Part shown: positions 1 through 13,647 of the stretch, in pieces
How positions within the stretch are numbered: position 1 is the first letter of the stretch
Layout: every line of letters starts with the position of its first letter
DNA from: Geosiphon pyriformis uo1
Lineage: Eukaryota; Fungi; Glomeromycota
Reading direction: 5' to 3'
Length of the DNA: 61,563 bases
NCBI GenBank assembly: GCA_016748015.1
Contig: JAAOMT010000275.1
Location: 385,124 to 446,686, forward strand
The notes under the pieces: model-generated
Seen by the model: only the letters and a program-made list of their open reading frames with translations
Databases searched by the model: none
Told to the model about the DNA's origin: nothing
Program-made: the position numbers and the translations under genes

Positions 1-436
1 TTTCTTAAAAAAAAAAAAAAAAAAAGCCTTTAAACTTTCCTCGATAAACAAGAAATTGCTGCGATACTACTTGAAAAATCACAAAGACTTTATATTAATA
101 CATGATGGATTGTCTTCTTTCCTTATTTTGTCTTGTTTTATTTCCATCAGATGTGCAGCTCTTTTTATTATTATTATTATTATTATTATTTATTTTTTTT
201 GCCAAGGCAACAAAAGTTGTCTTTTTAAATTATTATGCATTTGAAAAATTTATTTTCTCTTTCTTTTAAATTATCCTAAATTTTGTTGTATCTAAAAGGA
301 AAAATATTCGGTTTTTATTTTGTTTTCATCATTTAGATTACCTTCTTTAGCCTATAGCCTTTATTTTAAGGCAGATTCGGCCGCAAAAGTTTCAAAATTT
401 CATTTATGAGTAAACAAATCAATTTCCCATAAATCC

Positions 437-442
437 GTTAGT

Positions 443-485
<43 letters not shown>

Positions 486-495
486 AGTTTAGTTG
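437..495. repeat. (TTAG)n / (GTTA)n microsatellite
   Basis: Tandem gttagttagttag run seen directly. Confidence 0.9.
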
Positions 496-912
496 ATTAG
501 TTTTTCTATAGATTTTCTTTTGGCCAATTTTCGTTGTCAAAAATTTACCAACTTAAAATGTAGAAAAATTATTTGTCTTGTCAAAATTTTGATGATTCAA
601 GTATAAGTTCATATAAGTTATTCCAATTGGTTTACTCCTTTGTAAATTTTAAAAATGGGTGATTGTCGTTGACCAAATTCGTAAAAAATGTTTGAATTTA
701 AAAATTCGGGAAATTTTTCATCAAGAATTCTCGGGGATATTAAATAAGATCAGAAATAGATTTCTTTTAAATTCATCAATTTTAGATATATAGGTTATAA
801 AGGTTTCCACACCGATGATTTTAATAAGTTCCTTGTTGGTGCTACTTTGCTGTCACCGACGATAACTGCATGCGCCATGAACAAAGCAAACAGCATTATA
901 GATGATTATAAT

Positions 913-1065
<153 letters not shown>

Positions 1066-1278
1066 AATGATTTGATGGTCCCCATAAAAAAATCTTTGAA
1101 AGTGAAATTAAATATATTTATAACTACCCCTTTTTACAAAAATTCGGTTCAATAAAAATTTTTCATACTTTGCATTGTGTCTACCTAATGATGTTGATAA
1201 ATGATCATGTTGATGAATCGTGATATAATCATTAAATTTATGAGCCCACCCCCAAAACTGATATTACCTATATATAAA

Positions 1279-1331
1279 AAACAACAACAACAACAACAAC
1301 AACAACACAACAACAACACAACAACAACAAC

Positions 1332-1384
<53 letters not shown>

Positions 1385-1385
1385 T
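1279..1385. repeat. Compound (CAA)n-(TAA)n microsatellite
   Basis: Seen directly. Confidence 0.95.
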
Positions 1386-2125
1386 TGGAAATTATTAGTA
1401 AAAATAAAATAGTAGTGAACAAAACATCTATAAAGTGATTATTCGGATTTAGCAATTTTTGATTCCTCAAGATTTTATTTTTCTTTTTCTTTAACTATTA
1501 CTAATACTGGTTGCTGTAAATCCTAATTTTAATGAATTCGGAAAGGTTTACTCTAAATTTGTGTATTAATAAAAAAAAATGTCGCGCAGTTTTTACTTGT
1601 TTCACATAATAATTTTTATAATACTTTAATATGACCTATCAATACTTTTCTATTGGTTCATTTTTATATATAGATAGCCTTGATCCCAATTTTTTTTAAT
1701 TACTGTTCAAAACTTTTTTTTAATTTATCACTCCTGAATTATTGTTAGTGTCTTTTGAACGCCAACAACAAAAAAAAAAAATTTAAAAAAGTTTTTACTA
1801 CTTCTCAACTAAAGAAAATATTATTTTTTAATTGAAAAATAACAAGACTCAATTTCTTGATACCCTAAAAACTATTTAAAGTATTTATGTTTTTTTTGTG
1901 GATAGTGTGAATCTTACCCACAATCGTAAAAATTCAAAGCTAAACGGGCATTGATATCGACTTATCAAAGCCCCGAATTTTCTTTAAAGGTATTTCAATT
2001 TTTTTTCTTGGATTCTCTTTTCTTTCTCATTTTACAAAATTTTTTTAACTTTTGGCTTCCTTGTATTTTCTTTTTTGACTTTTTTCTATATACATTAAAT
2101 TTGACGTTGTTCATTCACTTTCTAC

Positions 2126-2138
2126 CTCTCTCTTTCTC

Positions 2139-2208
<70 letters not shown>
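2126..2208. repeat. (CT)n microsatellite upstream of the kinase gene
   Basis: Long ctctct run about 360 bp before the kinase ATG. Confidence 0.95.
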
Positions 2209-2211
<3 letters not shown>

Positions 2212-2564
2212 TCCCAAACGTCATTTTCCACCATTGATCATCGATAAATTTCAATCTTAATCAAACCCCGTCAACTTCTCTTCAATCAACACTCACTCTC
2301 CACTCCACCTTATCTCTATCTAAACTATCTTCTGGTTCGTCTCCTTTCTTTCTTAAAAATATAATTTATTGTACTCGTTACTATGCATACTTTTTTCCTG
2401 GTTTATATGCTCTTTTATCCTGGAAAAATATTAAACTTTTTAAAACCGACTTCACTTTCCTTCTTACCTTACTTTCACCTTAATTTATTATTATTATCTC
2501 TTTTTCTTCTTGCTTTCTTATTCTTTTATATCAATGTCACGTGATTCAAAAATCAATAGATAAA

Positions 2565-5500
2565 ATGCCGGCTCCTTTACAACCTGCCGTGCGTTCAAGA
2601 TATCCTTTATCATCTATAACAAAAGACCAACACTCATATTTACCAAACAATATGAGTAGCATGGAGAAGATTGGTAAAGTTAGAATGGTAAGCTTGAAAT
2701 TCTATGGATCAAGTTATTTTTGAATTCATACGAGACACCTATTTCCAAATATCAAATATCAAAATTCTTTTTTGTTGCAAAATTAATTTCATCTTTCGAA
2801 TATATCATATTACCACTTGGTATCAAAAAAAAAACCTACACTGTCAACAAAATTGAATTCTTGACACATCCTGAGCAATCTTTCCAAATCAACAAGGTTG
2901 CCCAGCAACGATCGAAAAATTGATAAGCAAAGCGCGTCTCGTATGCAATACATTATAATCAATGATATGTGCTTCCAATACTCAAAAAAAATAAAATTTT
3001 CCCCCCTTCCCCCCCCCCCCTCCCCCTCCCCCTCCCCTCTTTTTCTTTCCAAATTTTAGACCACCACAACTACCTTATCCAACAAAAACTCCAACTTAAA
3101 TCGTAATAACAAGTCCACTGCCATTGCAATGCCCATAAAGGTAATTTAACCGTTGTTTTCACTCATTTCCTATCGCTATTCAATAAGAACGCATTACCAC
3201 GTGTCATGCACTCTTATTAAAATGCCTAAAAATAAAAAAAAGATGCCAGTTCCCTTATTCACAATGTTATTCAATTATCTTTTGTCCTTTTTGTATGTAT
3301 GCAACTTTATGCATTTATTCAATTTAATAGGAACATCCATTGCTCCAAAGTTCTAAACTTGCAACAACAAGTTCCACTATCGTGAAACCTAAAAAGGTCA
3401 GTTTGACACACAAACACTAACTCTTATTCCTACCAAAAACTTTAGAGTTTTTCACCATTCACTAAACTAAAATTTTTCCCCCTTTCGGTAGGCTGAACCA
3501 CAACGTCCAGTTACCCCACATTCCAGTCAACCCAAAAATTACATTAAACAAAATAAACAAAATATTCAGACCATTGCCACCAATAAAACTTCTCCAAATG
3601 TTTCTCCACAACCCACCATTAAACGTTCAAATATTACTCCACCGGCCACACGTCCAATCACTCCTCATGCTCCACGTTCTTCGGGTGAAAAACTGGCCGG
3701 CAATTTGAAAGAGATTAAAAAGAGACCGGATATCTCCATTAGTTCTTCAGCTGCTGCTGCTGCTCCTCCTGCTGCTGCCGCTAGTGCACACAACCGTTCT
3801 CATACTACCGTTCCCCGAACTCCTACTCCTGACGCGTCTTTGATACAGGAGAATAAGAGACTCAAGGAATTCTTGACTGAACGTACCCAAGAATTGCGTG
3901 AAGCTGAAAACGAAATTCAAGAATTTGAAGAAGTTATTAAGGCTTTGCAAGAACGTGTTCGTCAAGTTGAAGCACGTAATCGTGAACTGCAGTCTGAAAA
4001 AGATATTTTACGTGCTAAACTTCTCGAAACTGCTCCTCAATCTGCTCCACAAACTCCATCCAATATTTTGTCTGATATTTTGAAAAATCATCAAAGAATT
4101 CGTGGTGAAACAACCGAAAATGTCGTGACCCCAATTGTTCCTGTAACTCCGGTCGTCATCACTGCCCCTACTTCTTCTTCGCCTGTTATTATCCCTGTTA
4201 AACCTATTTCGGCTTCTCAGCCATCGGTTTTATCCAGCCTGATTGCTGCACCCGTGACGATGAACTCTTTTAATGTCTCCCAAAATAAGGTCAAACCATC
4301 TGCTGCTCCATTACCCCAACGTAATATTGTTGTTACTGCTGCTGCTCCTGCTCCGCTTGACCCTGAAATTCTTGTTCAACCTCGACATAATCTGATCCTT
4401 GATTCAACTTCGGCCGCCTTTTCCCTTGAATCCCCTAATTTTGTTGGATCCGCAAAGTCTGAAATGTTGGACCGACATGCGGAACCGATCCGTGATCGTC
4501 AAGCTCTCTGTAGAGCAAAGGCTGCTGCTGCGTTGAACTGTGTAATGGAAGAATCGGAAAGTGAGGAAGATGAATTCTTGTTTGAACAGGAGGAAGAGAA
4601 CGTTCAAAATCCAATCATTTTCTCGAAAATTGATGATAGTTCTTATGTTTCATCCCTCGAAGGAAATTCAGAAGAAGAAAATGAAATGATTAATTATAAT
4701 GGACCTTCTGCTGCTGTTGCTGCTCTAAATAATGTTCCATTCATTACTTCTCCTATCACTAATGATAAATTCGATATGAACCGAAAATCAAATATATCAA
4801 CCCAACAAGATTTAAATGTTATTCCGGAGGAAGAGGAAGATGATGAGGATGATGAGTTTGAACTTCCCCCTAACTTCTCGAGCAATCCTAAACAACATCT
4901 CGATCAAATCTCGACTGTTGCGATGGGTTCTAAATTGGTTGCCTCCATTGATGTTGCTATTGCTCAGGCTGCTGCGGTTGCACCCGTTACCTTTAATAAA
5001 ACCGCTTCAACCTCTACTCCAATCTCACCCAAATCTCCTCAACGTCGTCTTCGTCGCTACCGTCCCAATTCTATCAGTTCATCCGATTCTGGGATGCCAA
5101 AAGATGAAGCCCATAAATCTCAACCCTCTTTTTTCGATCAAACTACTACTGATAACCCCAATCTCACCTCTAAACTTGTTGGCACTCAATCGATTAATGA
5201 TAAAAAACAGCAATATCCCTCCTCATCGGTCATCAAATCAACTTTGGAAAAATCCCAAAATTATTCATCAACCCTTCAAGAGCCTGTCACCACCATTCAT
5301 CGTGAATCATTCTCCTCAGTCCAATCAGATGATTCCGATATGTCATCACTTTCGGTATTATCCCATCATGATTCTTTCTCATCATCGGCAACATCTGCGT
5401 CTACCACTCGTACTACTCAATCTACAAACTCTTTCTCGGAATGCGGTTCATTGTCTCAACGATCCCTTAACTCGGTCACCAACCAAACTCAAAATCTATC

Positions 5501-7216
5501 CACTTATTATCATCACCATCAATCTTCCTCGGACTTTTCACAACTTAATGAAAACACTAATATCTTCTGTTCAAACGGTCTGGCTCAAACTGATTCAACT
5601 AACGGAAATGATCAACATAACTCTTCCCAATCGGTCACAAACTCGCATCACTCTCAAACTAACTTGTCTGGACTTCAACAAAACGATCAACCCAATAATA
5701 ATCAACGATCTCAATCCCCACACTCGGTCACCTCAACTGTTTCTTCAACTCAATATTCGGTTACTCCAGTTCAACGTCTTTCAACCCCAGATTTCTCGGC
5801 TTCTTCCATTTCCAATCAAATTTTCACTATTGATAGTCATTCTCGATCATCAACCCCACATTCTGAAAACAATTATCGTGTTAAGGTCACTACTCCACAC
5901 AATGAAATTTCAACCTCTATGGCTTACTCCAACAACTCTTCCAGAGTCTCAACCCCATCTCATCTCAACAATGTCCATTCTAACTCTTCATCTTCTCGCT
6001 CTTCAACTCCGGCTTATCAAACTCGTGCTCGTGCTCCATCTCCTCCATCATCATCATCCCGTGCTTCAACTCCAGCTTCTGAATCCAGTCGTTCTGCTTC
6101 ACCCCGTCACAATAGATCATCCCAAAAAAATTCTCCGATCCCACCACCACCACCAGCAGCAACAACCAACTCCAAAGATCCATTCGCCACCTTCCAACAC
6201 TATCTCCGTCTTTTATCTGAAACTTGTTCTCTCGGCGATCCCTTGAAATCTTATAACGTCCAAAAAGTTATTGATGAAGGTTCTTCCGCTAAAGTGTATA
6301 ACGCTACTTCGCTTGACTCCAACGATCACAAAGAATACGCTATAAAAATTATCCCACTGACTTATTCCTTGGAATTCATCTACAACGAAATTTTTATTCT
6401 TCAGAATCTTAAACACAAGAATGTCGTTAATTTCAAAGAAAGTTTCTTACGCTGGGACGGTAAAACTCGTGAAATTTGGATTGTCATGGAAAAATGTGCT
6501 CGTGGTGATGTAACTAGCAAAGCCGGAAAAGTATCACAAAAAGAAGTTTCTCGTATCGCTCGCGATATCTTGAGCTCCTTGAAACACTTGCACGACAATG
6601 GTATAATTCATCGTGATATTAAACTCTCCAACATTTTGATGGCCGCTAATAACGATGTTAAATTAGGTAAGCCCTTGCGCGAGATTTTCAAAATTCATAA
6701 TCTGTTTATCGAATCTCCCATTTTAATTCTAAAACTCTATAAATTTATTAGCTGATTTCGGTATTTCCTCCTTGACTCCTACTTCTACAACTGGCATGGT
6801 TGGCACCATCCCATACATGGCCCCCGATATTGTCAATGTTAAACCCGACAACCCTTACTCTACCAAAGTTGACACCTGGTCCGTGGGTGTTTGCATTCTT
6901 GAACTTTTAACTGGTAAAGCTGCTTGGGGACGTATTCGTGATGATGAAATAATGGATAAGTTGCGTCGAGGCGAAAAACCTTATGGTTTTGAACGTTTGC
7001 GCAAAAAGGCAGATATAGGATGGGAGGCTATCGATTTCTTGAACTGTTGTTTCATCAAAGATAGTGAAATGAGATCGTCAGCCGATCAACTATTGCAGGT
7101 ACATAATTGGCCATTGATATCCATTGTAGATCAATTTTTATCTTAATATTTACATTCACTAATGATAATTTTTTCGCTTTATTCAGCATCCTTTCATCAC
7201 TGGTCTCTTATACTAA
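2565..7216 (+). CDS. STE20/PAK-like Ser/Thr protein kinase, ~1273 aa, 6 exons (2565-2687, 3060-3140, 3331-3396, 3492-6666, 6752-7098, 7187-7216)
   Basis: All five introns are GT..AG and keep the frame; splicing restores VKL-ADFG and LLQ-HPFI. Kinase motifs: GDPLKSY..IDEGSSAKVY, YAIKII, NEIFIL, IWIVME, HRDIKLSNIL, DFG, GTIPYMAPD, DTWSVG. The N-terminal part has a coiled coil and a long Ser/Thr-rich region. Confidence 0.9.
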
Positions 7217-7604
7217 AACGAACGAACGAACAAACAAAAATCTGCTTCTCCTTTCGTCACAACCCATCAATTCGTTGGGACAAGTATTTTTTTAATGCGA
7301 TTCACTTTCTTGATTTATCGATTTCATTTTTTTTGGATAACATTTATGATTCACTCCTATTTGGCTGTAAACCCTTCTCTCGTGGTTAAACCCTTCAAGT
7401 ATTAACGGAATTTCTTGGTCACCTTCCTCGTTTTCTTCAAACAATTTTGATCTTCCTTCACACACTTCCCCTTTTAAACCTTCCCAACTTTCTTCAAGAT
7501 GAGCTTGCGCTTTAATTTATTTCCTTTGGACAAATTTAAAACTTGTTCAAGTTTTGTTTCCTATTTATCTATCACTCCCTTTTATCCTCACTCCCCTTCC
7601 CTTC

Positions 7605-7752
<148 letters not shown>

Positions 7753-8025
7753 ACACACTTTAACCTCAAGGTAGATCTTTTCATTAGATGTATTTAGTCA
7801 AGGAAAGAAATTTTTTATTTCAACTAATTTTCAGACCTTCTCTTGGAATATTCTAGAAAAAGTCCTTTTTGAAAGGTAGTCTAGAAATACTTAAGAAAAA
7901 AGAAATGGAAAATACTTTCAATGTTGAATATTTCACAGTAATTGTATACAGTAGTAGCATATTATTTCTATTTCATATATTTTAATGTATCTTTTCAATT
8001 GGGTGCGTTGGATAAAGATCGAGTC

Positions 8026-8990
8026 ATGAGCAACATCACGTTCAATCAACAACCCGACGCGTCTTCAAATTTGGCTGGTCACGGTTGTGCAGAAGGCAGC
8101 ACCAACAAAAGGTTGAGAGGATGATATTCATGCTCACATATGGCCCATTCCTGTTGTATCACGACACGCCACTTTCAACTTGTCCTTCACACCCCTATCG
8201 GCCGAATTTACAATTCTGCAGGCATTTCAGCCATTACACACGCCCAATGTACACGAAAACAGTTGGAAGATCAATCATTTGGACCGGAATTTTTTAGGAA
8301 TTTCTGGTGAAAATTTTCAACCGCGTTCATCATTGGCTGACCGATATTTGAGCTGCAGTCGACTGCCAATCAACCACCATACCTCAGGCCAGCTGGCCAT
8401 CACAGTCTGGTTTACATAATTTGGTTAGTTGAATATTTCAGATGAAAAACTTTTTTTATTTATTCCTGTGTGTAATATATAATTTAATAAAGAGATCAGA
8501 CTATTCTTATTTTTATATTGGGGGTGGTTTTTTCATGTTGAAAATTCAATATTTGATAACTAACATAAATATGTTTTATTTTCTTTTACGTATAACAGAT
8601 TTGATCGACAATGGACTTGTTCAAGAATTTGCTACTCATGGAAAATGATCTCTTAATCTACGCAACCAATGAACGATAAACACCTCATCTGCACGCCCAA
8701 AACGTAAATGATCACATGGTTTACGAACAGCAAGTCAAATACCTAATTTCGTTATGTGGTGGACTCGAGACACTCCGAAATTTGTCAAATGGCTCCCATC
8801 AATTGAATAGGGTGATCTCGGTGCATGGGATTTGTTTTGGTGGCTGGAATTCTGCGCCATTCATTTAGTGACATTTGATCAATATTTGGGCATAATTCTA
8901 TTTCTCCCGTGATAATAGACATTGGTGGGGGTGAAACAGGATACTTAACGCATCATAGTAAGCGCTATGAGTTCCAATGGACGCTTAGTT
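8026..8990 (+). pseudogene. Possible decayed gene of unknown family
   Basis: GC-richer, CpG-retaining island with an AT-rich intron-like gap (~8425-8598, ending tataacag). Only short ORFs interrupted by stops; no recognised motif. Confidence 0.25.
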
Positions 8991-9554
8991 AATATACCTT
9001 GAATATTCGGCTTATTTATCACTTCCCCTATTATTTGATTATTTGAGGGGAGAGGAAATCACATTATTTATGTTTCTTGAAAAAAGCTGGGGTTCAGGGA
9101 AATTTGTGTTGGATAACCTATTTTATCTCTCTACACTTTGTAAATTTTGTTTTTTTATTATCGGCATTATCTTTTCTTGCATCTTTTAATATTTCAAATT
9201 ATAACAATATTAATAATACTATAGTCAAAATTAATATCAAATAATAATATATGATTAATAGCGATCAAAAAAATAATTTTACCTAATACCTAGTTCATAA
9301 TAATACCTTCCAAAAATATATTCTCATTTTAATAACCCTATTCGAATAATAATATCTGATATTTTTAAAATTTATTGGTGAATGGGGAACATTTATTCAA
9401 AGTATCTTTTTTTTCCATTGTAAATATTCTACACACGTATTATTAGTATTTTTTAAAAAAAGCATCAATACCAAAAGTACCTATATACAAACAATTTTAT
9501 AATCATTTTTCTCTTTACCTATACATTGTGCGATATTTAGGGAAGAGAAAAAAA

Positions 9555-9555
<1 letters not shown>

Positions 9556-9630
<75 letters not shown>
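9556..9630. repeat. (TAA)n microsatellite
   Basis: Seen directly. Confidence 0.9.
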
Positions 9631-9632
<2 letters not shown>

Positions 9633-10244
9633 TTCCTGAAATCAAGTTCCTTGAATGAATTTTCGAATTTGAAAAAATGAAAAGGTTATAACACTGATCA
9701 GATGACAGATAATTATCGATGTTCTCAATTTTTTTAGTTGATCTGAAAAAAAAAACGCGTAAGATCTTCACTGGCTCAGCATGAGGATATTTGGGAAGAG
9801 CTTTAAACGATCACTGTACAAGAAAAGGTCCTCCAATATCGAAAGTTTGAACATAACATATAACAGATAGGGGTATCAAGCCTACCTATCATCCTATCTA
9901 CAACTAAAGCGAACAATATGGAACGCGTCCTTTTGTCTCCTCTGTCTGTCTGTCTGTTGTGTCTCGTTGATTAGAATCAGCAAAAGAACAATATAAGAAA
10001 CCTTTTTGTTCATGATTTATCTCACATGTTACTATTTTCGTACGTGGGATTTTTCATCAACAAGAGCTCTTGTAAATTACGCATGGGCATTATTTAGCAT
10101 TTAGAAGGTGCCAGGCCTGCTGGCGTTTGGTCCCCTCATCATCATTTTCAAATATCAAAACATCAAACAAATGATTGATGAAGCTTGCTAGTTCAAAAAA
10201 CAATAGAATGCATCAAGCTATTGTTTTCAATGGGGGATGTTGAT

Positions 10245-10277
<33 letters not shown>

Positions 10278-11006
10278 ATCATTAAATCGTGACCTGTGAG
10301 ACTTTGTAAAAGTAAAAATACTTTGTTTTGACCTCGTGAGTGGTAAGTAGCCCAGGATAATGGTTAGAAGACAGTTTTTGAAAACGCGTCGATGGATTGA
10401 AAGCTTATTTAGGTTTAAATTTATGGAATCACAGGAATAACGCGACAAGAAAAATTACTTGATCGCGTGATCTAAACTCGTGCCTGAAAAATTTGATAAA
10501 AGATAGTAACTTATTTTTTAAATTGTCAACCATTTGAGAAAAATGACCGCAACGATCCTAGTATGAAATAGAATGGTCAAGAATTTTCCGGATTACAAAA
10601 GTTCATTTTGGTCGAGATAATCAAACTTAGAGAGAGCGTGGAAGTTTTTTCTAAAATTGAAAGAGAGAGAGTTAAAAAAAAAAAAGGGGCAAAGAGTTTT
10701 ATCTCAGAAATTTCCTACAAATTGATAAATTGGTTTTGGCTATATATTACAATTTTTACGTATTTAAGCAAATATATTATTTTCGTGATGTTTTATGTTT
10801 CGACCAAGTTTTAATTCACTTGTCGTAACTTTTTTACTTTTAGGCAAATTTAAAAGCAGTCAAACCAATTTTAAAAGATTTAATTTGAACTTTTTTTTGC
10901 TAAGCTCTCTCTCTCTCTCTCTCGAGGGCCCTAAATAATATGTCCATTTTAGATCAAAGAAAAATATTTTAGTTGTCAAAGGCATAGAATATTTATCAAG
11001 TTGTTG

Positions 11007-11046
<40 letters not shown>

Positions 11047-12409
11047 AGTTTAGAATTCTTGAATTTTTGTCAATGTTAGAATAAAAACTCATTCGATTCA
11101 TTTTACATATTTTTTTTTTCAAACTTTATCATTTGAAATTTTGTCGGAAAATTGGGAATTCATCCACTCTTTTTATAATGTTATGGTCATATGTTGGTAA
11201 TCAAGTGCTGTTTAGAATGAATGATTAACATGTTCATATGATACCCGAACAAATTTAACACTTTTAAAATAAAAATATCTCCAACTTTCAACCCCCCCCC
11301 CCCTCCCACTAATCAAATTATTCAGTGAAAGGTTATTAATTCTGTGGTGCATTAGTCTCCTTTAGAATCATGCATTTTCCTTAGAGTTTCGACCGCCTTA
11401 TTCAAGTCATGAGTACAACATAATAAAAGTTGCATTTTAAAATAAAAAATAAAAAATAAAAAATAAAATTCACCAGCCAAAAATCTTTTAACTCACAAGA
11501 GCGCCTTTAAAAAAAAAAAGCAGCAACAGCAGCAACAGCAGAGCAAAAAAAACCCCTTAAAAACTAAATATTTTCTCAAGTATAATAAAATTCCCTTATC
11601 ATCTTTGATAAATGTCCGCGTGGCCAGTGGCTTTTGCTTCTAATGCCAAATTGGATATTTTTTACATGCATGATGTGGCTTTTTTTTTGGCTTTACTTGA
11701 CTGCTTGTTGTCGCAGAGACAATCTCCCCTCTGCCCGTTTTTTTAATCCTCATGCTGCGTAAAAATGTAAGGCATAATCTTTTTTTTTTTTTTTTGAATG
11801 CTTTTTTGGTCTTTCTTTTAGATGCATGAATGAACATTTATTCATTAATCTTTTCTTTGGGTTTGCCGGATAATGGTAGAGTTTAAAGAAAGAGCAAAGA
11901 TTTATTGTAAGAATATATAGATTATTTTTATTTTATTTTTATTTTTATTTTTATTTTTATTAGTATTAGTATTAGTATTAGTATTATCATTATTATTATT
12001 ATTATTATCATTATTATTATAATCTCAACTATGAAAAATGCATAGAAAAACTAGAAACTTTTTTATCGTGATACAAATAAAAAATATTTTTTTCATTTAC
12101 CATTGAAGTTTTGTTTAGTTTCCAATTTTTTAATTTTCTAATTTTAGCAGCAAATTTTTTTATGGCAATCGCTACAAATGTTGATTTTAGCTAAACTAGG
12201 AATTCCGACAAAAAATCCTGTAAACAAGGAATTATATCAAAATATTTTTTGTGATATTAAAAATAGTGGTTTAACATTAAAACCCCAAATTTTAAACTGA
12301 TCCCATTTTAGTTTTCAAGATAATATTTTATAAAATAATAATAATAAATTTATTTTCAAACTTTTTGCTCAATCAACATATATTTATATACAGTACTTGA
12401 AAACAGTAT

Positions 12410-13647
12410 CAGAATAGACTACAACTTTGCAGACGTGATATCCAATCATCAGGTCGTTCCATTCTGTGCATCGACTTACTCCCGAATTAGCTACGGCGAA
12501 GGGCAATGTACTGCATCTTCATCTTGGTCCCTTACCTCCAAATCGTCAGAATTGTTCTGGGCATTCACCATCTTTAGAGTTCATAGACGAGTCTAGAGGC
12601 TCTGAAAGGAAAGACTGTTAAAAAGAAAGCTCAGGAATTCGTAAAGTTATAGCAAGTCAAATGAAGCTTGCCAAACATATGTTCTTGCATACTTTGAGCG
12701 ACCAGAAACTCTGTTCATCACATGCTGAAGACATAATGCTTGTTCATTAATGATCTAAAATTCAGAATTCTTTGCCCCCAACCTCCGTTTCAACTTTTGG
12801 TACAAGCTCTTGACTGGTCCAGATGCATATCCTTGAGAGCTACTTGAAAATCTTCCATCTCCATTTGCTACTATTGCGCTTTGATTTTTATCAGTGATCC
12901 AATCACAGATCTTATCATAGCCCTGAGTACGATTGATGTGTGACTTTCATCCTAAAAGAGATCAGCGGATTCCATGAAATTCAATAAAGAATCGCGTTCG
13001 TTAACTACATAATTGATGGATCTGAAACTGAGCAGCCATAGGTAAGAATATCCAATAAATAATTAATAGTGTGTTTGTCAATCAAATAACGGGAAAATAA
13101 AACAGAAAAATGAACACTTACTGTGGAGGATACCTTCAACATTCTCAACATTCTTGATCACGTTCCTTGTCTTCTTTGTGCCTTGTGCCCATGTGAATCC
13201 TAAAATCGAATACTAATTCTTTTCATACTGCACGAAACTGGATTCCCCTTCTTTCTTCTTCCACATACTATTTTAAACAGGTTCCTGCTCCCCCCCCCTC
13301 CCCGCCCCGAGTCCAGACCCACCAGTTGACTGCCGCTAATCATAGTTTTCCTCATCAAAACTATATTGGTTCATCCCATCTCATTGGGTGTCCTCTTCAA
13401 ATTTACACCGGCATTGATAGCATCCTAAAACAGATCGCCGATTTTGTGTGACCACTCCTCCACCGCTTTTCTCTAAATGTGTGAACTGGATAGGCGTTAG
13501 CCGGTCAACAAAAGAAGTCTTTAACAAAAATATAGTTTGATGTCATCCTCTGCCAAAGATTTGTTCTCTAGGATTGTTTCCCTTACCTTCCAAAACACAT
13601 AGAGACAACGAAACTACACCAAGGCCTTGAAGAGGATTTTGAATTCA
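12410..13647 (-). pseudogene. Possible decayed multi-exon gene of unknown family
   Basis: GC-richer island with minus-strand donor-like (GTAAGG, GTAAGT) and acceptor-like (TTTTAG) sites. Peptide-like pieces (GFTWAQGTKKTRNVIKNVENVEGIL; QGYDKICDWITDKIKAQ**QMEMEDFQVALKDM) are broken by stops. Confidence 0.3.

Noticed and set aside
437-495. Telomeric repeat
   Set aside because: TTAG tetramer, short and internal; not TTAGGG-like.
4816-6246. 476-aa overlapping ORF in the +1 frame of the kinase
   Set aside because: Stops in this frame need NTA/NTG codons (Leu/Ile/Val/Met) in the real frame, which are scarce in this Ser/Thr/Asn-rich region. The product has no recognisable features.
6667-6755. C-terminus of the 1016-aa ORF (GKPLREIF...) suggesting a kinase without DFG
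   Set aside because: This is intron read-through; splicing 6667-6751 restores ADFG.
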